Assembly: GCA_030704615.1 (NCBI GenBank)
Contig: CM060734.1
Span: 8,804,001 to 8,868,000 of the forward strand
DNA: 64,000 nt
Origin: Takakia lepidozioides
Lineage: Eukaryota > Plantae > Bryophyta
Reading direction: 5' to 3'
The notes under the pieces are model-generated. The model searched no databases. It was not told the DNA's origin and saw only the letters and a list, made by a program, of their open reading frames with translations. Made by a program: the position numbers and the translations under genes. This document shows positions 57,532-64,000 of this stretch, piece by piece (position 1 is the first letter of the stretch; each line of letters starts with the position of its first letter).

Positions 57532-59959
57532 ATCGCGGTCCTCTTCTAATCTTCCCACCACATGTCCTCTTGTAATTGTCTCTTTGATGTGTTCTATGTT
57601 GGCGGAAGTTCTGCATCCGTTAAACAGGAGAGGCCACAACCGACCATGCCCCTCTGCGGACCGTGCAGGCTTATCCCACTTTCAGAATACCCTCAAATCA
57701 CAGCTTGTGGATTCACATTCTCAATACAATTTCATGTCGCTCTGACGCATCCCTAGAGCATTGCTGCCTGAGCGAGGAATACTGCCAGTCTTTAATCTTC
57801 CTAGCTGCTTCGTACGTTAGGCAGCTGCCTCCACGACCATCCAAAACCAAAGCACTTAGCCTTTCTTTCAATCTTTGATGCAAGGTGGTGGCTCAAGGGA
57901 TGCGCAAGGACACCGCCTGTAAAAGCAACTAGGAACAAGAGGATTTCTCAAAGAATAAAATGACGAGAAAGCAATCGATCAGTGTGTAGAATGAAATGCT
58001 AGCACGCCCCGGATGGTTTGGGCTTCCGCCTGAGCGCGACACCAGCGCTGAAAAGCCAAGCAAATAAACACAAAAACCAGAGCTAAGTATGCTGCAGACC
58101 ACGACAGGGATTGAGATTGAAATGCTTGAGAGAGGGGAGTTGAGAAAGGGCTAGAGATCAAAATCTCAACGCCAAGAGGATGGAAGGCAGGCACGCCCCG
58201 CTGGAGATGTGGGAACGGTGTTCGCTGAAGAGACTGTAGGTGGACCTGTCAAATGCGGCTCGATCCCTGACCGTGGGCCCAGACCGCCAAGGGGGGAGCA
58301 GGTAAGGCGAGAGAGAGAGAGAGAGAGGCCCCGCCAGGCGAAGCCAAACTCGGCAGGTACAAGGCTATAGTTCCCACGGCCCCTGAACGCTGCTGCCGAC
58401 ACGCCCGCCCCACCCGGGGGTTGGCATGAGGCTTTGATAAGGTAACCACTAAACTCAATCTCGGTGGAACCGGTGGCTAGGTGAGAGAGACGACGACCTT
58501 GAGACGGTCCCCACCCTGCCCTGCCTCGTGTGAGCAAGTCAGACGACCTGCTCTCGAGTCACCACTACCCTACTATACAGCTAGGTAGCGATCAGCTCTA
58601 TTGCTATACACACGCTTGCAAACAAATCTATACTCTCTAAAGGAAAGTGCTCCATAAACAGTGTGCTGGGAGCGAGAGAGAAGAGGAGGGAAAGTAAGAG
58701 GATTACTAGGCCAAAGCTTCTCAGCTTTAGCCTACTTACAGCTCACCGGTTCTGTCGGTCGCTGCGCGTGCCAGACGTGCTTTCGCTCTTTCTTTTAACC
58801 CGCGGGGAGTGCACCTTATCTGTCCCCCTTCCTTCCTTGCATTTTTTCTTACGTTAGCCCCCTGTTAGAGAAGGTTTAGCCAATCAGGATAGTTTTGCCA
58901 AACACTTCCCATCACGTACACATCCAGCTGTCAAAAGTCGCATGTCACTGTTAGCACGTTTATTCACCCACTAATCAACGTTTCTCTTCAGATTTCATTC
59001 ATAGAGGCCTCCTCTACATCCATGAAGTTAGGTGATGTCCCCCATCAGCTCCGGTTTCGCCAGCATGGCTCCTCCAGCTATTACCAGTTCATCATGGCTG
59101 TTGGGGTTTGATCCATGGGTTTAATGATTGCGCTTAGGAAGCGACTTCCTATATGCACTGGTCGGATAATTGCCAGGAGTAGTGGCTTTCCAGATTTTCC
59201 GATAATTGCCTGGAGGAGTGCTTCTCCCATTAGTGGACTCTGGATAATTGCACTTGGTGGCCCCTGACAAGAGATGTTTTTTTGCCCATTAACCGGCAAG
59301 TTATAGAAAAAGTAACCAGACTGAAATACAAAGGAGCCGAAAATATTCTACCGAATTTTTCGGTAAATCTGAAATATCCCTCGCCTTTTCAATGCATTTT
59401 CGGGGTTTCCGTGAAACACAAATACCAAGAATTGTGGGCTGTCGCTCCCAGGTTTCCTTTAATTTATTTTTAAGAAAATACCAAGAAATTATTATGTAAT
59501 AAAATGCTGGAATAAAATCAATGTATTAATATTGTAATAATTCAATAGATCATTCGGGATTGAGTACATGTATCTAGAATATATTAATAATATTAATAAT
59601 TTGATGGGGTGTAACTTTTATTATAACTGTGATACTTGTGAGGAGTGACATCTGCAGCCCTGACAATTCCGTGAGTGACATTTACATAGTAGAATCAAGG
59701 TTATTTTTCCTTGCCTCTTCAATTTGATGGCCCTTCGCCCCTTTTAACAAGAACAAATCCTGATTTTCTCCTAACTACCCATAATTGCCCCAAGAGTGCG
59801 ACTTATCTGGCGTGGATAATGGCATTAGTGAATTTACCATAAGTTAATCAGGAGATTTGATGATTGCAGTGTGGAGAGTTTTTTTTTTTTTTAATAATTA
59901 TTTACTATGTACCCCTACTCGTTTGGGAAGGTCAGGCAACCCGACACTGTGGGAGGGAA

Positions 59960-61150
59960 TCAGTGGGCCGCAGGAGGTGCTAGCGTAGAAGTAGGAGGGG
60001 GCGATGGGAGGTAGACACTTGGACGGTTTTTTTTTCTATACGGCTTGGGATGGGGCGGTGGGCCCAAGACATGCGCAGAAGACGCCGCTAGATCTTTCCA
60101 GAAGCAGGGGGGGTGAGGCGGGAGAATCCTACTAAACTGTGTACCCCCCTTCCCCTCCTTATATAGTTTTTGGAGGCAGGGGGATTGTAGCCCTGGAAAT
60201 TTTATTAAGAAGGGTAAGGAATAAATAACCTTACAAGGTGCCATAAGGCTAATGAATGAGGTTCCACTCGTAGCCAATAACCACCAGAGAGAGAAAAGGA
60301 AGGGAGAGCAAAGAAAGAATATGGGGAAAGGGCCATCCGAATCTAAGGCCACTGTAAGCAGATTACTAACCAGGAGCTCAGAATATTGCCCTAAGCACTT
60401 ATAGCTTCCAGCACTAAGCACTGCAAAAAGCCAGAAGCATTAAGAATCTCCCCTTTTCCTTTTGGGAGCATCAAAGGTAAGATGAAAGGCTTGTGCCTCC
60501 AATTAATATCAGAATCCTCAATGCCCAGGGGAGAACGTCCGAGTTTGCCAGCAGGCCGGGAGGTCTTCATTCCACACGATGCTGGAGTCGGAAATCCTTT
60601 TGCAAAAAATGCCTTTCCATCCACAAGTGTTGTCAAAGCTTGAGAGGAGCTGGTCACGCCCAGAGGAGCTACACCTGCTAAGAGCTGCCACAAGCACAGT
60701 CCAAGACTTTTTTGCTTCAGACATCAAGTCTGAGTGAGCAAAGACTAACACCTTCTGCAGACAGGGGAGAGAACCTTGATAAAGTACAGAGCAACGATTT
60801 TTCCATCTGCCAAAGGATAGCACCTCTCAAGGACTCCCATACAGGGCAAGAACAGAAGAGAGAGTCATCTTTAGAGTTGAGAAGAAAGGCAGTAGTAGAA
60901 AACAAAGAGCATAGAAAGAAGAGGCCCCTTTCCACACATCTATGGCGAAGACACAATGAACAAGACAATGTTCTATGTCCTCAGGGCTGTTGGAGTTGTA
61001 GATGGCACAACTTAAAGGAGGGTCCGCGATGAAGGCTCCCACATGAATGATTCTATTAGGCACCTTCCACAGGAAAGCAGAAATCTTAGCTGGTCTATGC
61101 TTTCGCCAAATATGGAGTCAGATATGTTTCCAGGAAACTGGGTGCCCAAC
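59960..61150 (-). mobile_element. Old LINE 3' remnant (zf-RVT-like)
   Basis: CAIYNSNSPEDIEHCLVHCVFAIDVW resembles the LINE C-terminal Cx2C..E..H...C motif; boundaries uncertain. Confidence 0.5.
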
Positions 61151-62733
61151 AACAAAAAAGCCTTTCTTTTCTTTTTTTTGCAGTGTGGAGAATTTCTCTT
61201 ATGAATTATTCTGGTTGAGATCATTTCTTTGATTAATTGTTAACCTGCTAGTGTCTTACATTCTAAATATGGTCCAAGTGTTTTTCTCCTTAAAAAGAGA
61301 AACACCAAGTGCCCGGCCCTGCGATCTTCGCCACGTGTTTACATCCCCACAGTGTCGCTGCACACAGGTCTCCCTCCCGTCCCTCTCCTGCTCTAGAGCA
61401 CCTGGTCCTACCTCCCTATTGGTCGCTCCCACCGTCTCTATTTCCTTGACCTTCAAATTTCCTCAAACAAACGCTGGGTACTTATTTGCAGTGAAAGTCT
61501 GCTTAACATCCAGCGCATTTCCTGCTCAACATACAGCCCATAGAGGTTTGAAGGCACATGTTGAGGGATTGAACCTAGGATGAACCTCGTTATGCACAGT
61601 CAAGTCAAGTGCGGGGAAACTGAAAGCACAATGCTAATTGGACAACGTCCACAAAGATATTACAACGAGCAGTGGGTGGCAGGATTTGAGCCCGGCACCA
61701 CCTGGGTGGCGCTGTAGCCAACGACCGGTGGTGGTGCAAGTTACTCCAGAACGTGGGCTACCACCAACCATCTCGATAGTGAGGCAGACCCGGCCGTCCC
61801 ATTAGATCCACAGACGTTATCATCATCATGATGAGGAGAACTTTATCACGAGTGATTCTGGCCCACCACCTACTATCATGCACAGTTTAGGTGTTATATT
61901 ATTGCCATCACTCAGATCAAACAGCAAACATGCAATCAGGGGAAAATGACTAATCATGACTGGCCACGCTAGAGAGGAGCTCAAATTAGAGAAGAGAATA
62001 TTCGAGGACACTGCCCTTACACATAGTCCCCTCTAGTCCCCTCTACATAGTGCACAATAAAATTTAATAGTCTGGCGTCTGCACTATATAGAGCTTTCTA
62101 CGCTGTGCCACCATAACATGGCCCATTTTCCAGCCAGACAGTTGACTTTTCGACTAGCCAGGCGGAGAATTTTCACTTTAGCCAATGGCCAGCTACATAC
62201 ATAGTTACATAGACATAGTGAGATCCTATCTTCATAGCTCTCCCTGCACAACCTGGGTTGCTGGAAACTTCCTGATAGGGGGGCCACACATGACGGATGC
62301 ATCCTCAAAACGCTGTTCCCCATAACGCTGGGCGTTGGCGCGCTGCGGTGTCAGGCCCTCCCCATACATCCGCCACCACGCTCCACGCAGTTCTTCGACG
62401 TCCAAGAAATTGCGTTATGCAGATGGAGCGACGTCCCGTGGATGGTGCGGCCAATATTGGGCTGCCACGAGCACTCATGTGAGCGTCGAGAGCATGTTAT
62501 GCTTGCCGTGAAACCATTTTCTACCCGCATCCATCTGGGCCGTCGATCCGGACCGCATCCATGCCGTTCAAACCGGGCCCCACCAGCAAACGTTGGGGCT
62601 GGATGGGGCTGGTGTGGCCGCTCCACTCCCAACGTTGGCAACTGCGTCCTGCTAACACATTGGAGGCATGTGTGGCCTGGGTATCTGGAGAGTCCTGGAA
62701 AACCGGAGCTATGGAGGGCCAATAAACAATGTT

Positions 62734-63174
62734 GAGCATCTCCAACAGTGCCCCACCAAGCTGCTCATGGCGTGGAGTTTGGTGTGGAGTTTGGCTCACG
62801 GCGTGAAGTTTGGCGAAAGGACGTCCACCGGGGTCACGCTAAATCCAGCGCCAATGTGGGTTGGCTAGTCTGCGGAAGCCACGTGGTGGCTCCAGGCCGC
62901 GCCACACCTGCTACTCCTATCCCAAAAGCAAGAGCGCGCGTTCTTCATAATTCTGCACAACGTGCACGCATTAGACTTGCTCCCAGTGCTTGGGCATGCA
63001 CATGCACGCTTGGCGGAGGTTTGGCGAGGTACGCCAAAGATGTAAAATATGGCATACCCCCTTCCCTGCCCTTGGCGTAGGTCCCTCCATGCCAAATATA
63101 GTGTTGGCTGGGTGCAGTGGGTCACGATCCGGAAACGTTGGAAATGGCATGGCGTACCTGTGTTGGGGGTGCTC
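62734..63174. mobile_element. Tourist/PIF-Harbinger-like MITE
   Basis: Imperfect TIRs GAGCATCTCCAACA ... TGTTGGGGGTGCTC; TTA on the right flank only. Confidence 0.55.
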
Positions 63175-63350
63175 TTAGACACCCAAGAGAACCTACCAAA
63201 GCCATCCCACTCGAAGTCAATTTCTCCCCACACCTTCAACTCTATATTTGACTGAAATTTCATATCTTCTTGGGAAAACCATCCAAAGCGTACACTTATC
63301 TTCTAATACGGGGTAGGCCTAATGCTAATAATGTAACACATGGTCACGAC

Positions 63351-63530
63351 CAGTGTTGTGTGGGTATATTGTTTTAGACATACCCTCGGGGTCCGCGTAA
63401 GAAGAAAATATATTTTGTCTTACCCTCCGGGTCCGGGTATACTATATTTTCAAATTATATTTACCCTCCAGGTACGGGTATAGTACTGCTGGTAGAATCT
63501 GAAGGGTATAAATAAATGTCGGGTATAGTT
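63351..63530. repeat. Possible hAT-type MITE end with repeated TACCCTC...GGGT motifs
   Basis: Starts CAGTGTTG; three TACCCTC..GG(G)T motifs; no partner end found. Confidence 0.35.
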
Positions 63531-64000
63531 AAATAGGTATATTTCTATTGTTTATCCAGTTTATATATTCAAGATATATGAGTGATATATTCTATAATGC
63601 TTGCAATATGGATAAAATAATCGAGTGGTAACCTACGTACCAAGAAACAACTTTGTAGATTTGTAGGACATGGACAACCAAGTTGTAGCCCAGTGGTAAT
63701 GGGCACATACCACCTCGGAAGTGGTTGTGGGTTTAATCCACCAATTGGTGTCACAAAGGTGTCCACCTTGGAAGGCAGTAATCCTTCGGGGTGAAGAGAC
63801 ACCATAATTTACGCTTCCTTCGGGAGGCGTCAAATATTAAATATTAATTGTAGGACATGGGGGGAGCTACTTTGGAAGCGCTACAAGAGGGGTTGGTTTG
63901 TAAGTGTCACAGAAGATTGAATACGCTTTGGCAAGGGAGGGTGGAGAGCGGTGGGGCCATCCATTACCAAGTGAGGTGGTTGAGTGGATTACCTATAGCA

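Noticed and set aside
57532-57639. 36-aa N-terminal extension of ZF-HD in the ORF track
   Set aside because: It starts at a TTG; the first in-frame ATG is at 57531.

Overview
Eukaryotic nuclear DNA from a land plant, probably seed-free (inferred from GT-AG introns, a ZF-HD gene, PLS-type PPR fragments and chromovirus/Gypsy/LINE debris). About 54 kb is nested transposon sequence. There is one intact host gene, a ZF-HD transcription factor (56800-57531, minus strand), and a 500-N scaffold gap (29392-29891). The dominant feature is a family of Mutator-like (MULE) DNA transposons seen as about 5 degraded or rearranged copies: A ~1-10.3 kb, B ~16.9-21.15 kb, C ~21.15-29.4 kb, D ~29.9-36.5 kb and E ~50.8-53.9 kb. 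Combining the copies gives a GCM-like/DDE/SWIM transposase transcribed divergently from a multi-exon accessory gene. The accessory gene encodes an N-terminal ParB/Sulfiredoxin-like domain (WDGNHR) and a C-terminal region resembling a beta-class N4C/N6A DNA methyltransferase (DMILLDIPDG). Between the two genes, and inside the accessory gene's introns, lie arrays of GGCGCC-centred palindromes. Their flanks are specific to each subfamily and their spacings (53, 64, 74, 85, 95 bp) are integer multiples of ~10.6 bp. This looks like a transposon-borne ParB/parS-like, possibly epigenetic (anti-silencing or self-marking), system. All domain calls come from motif recognition by eye and need HMM or structure confirmation. 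No rRNA, tRNA or true CRISPR was found.
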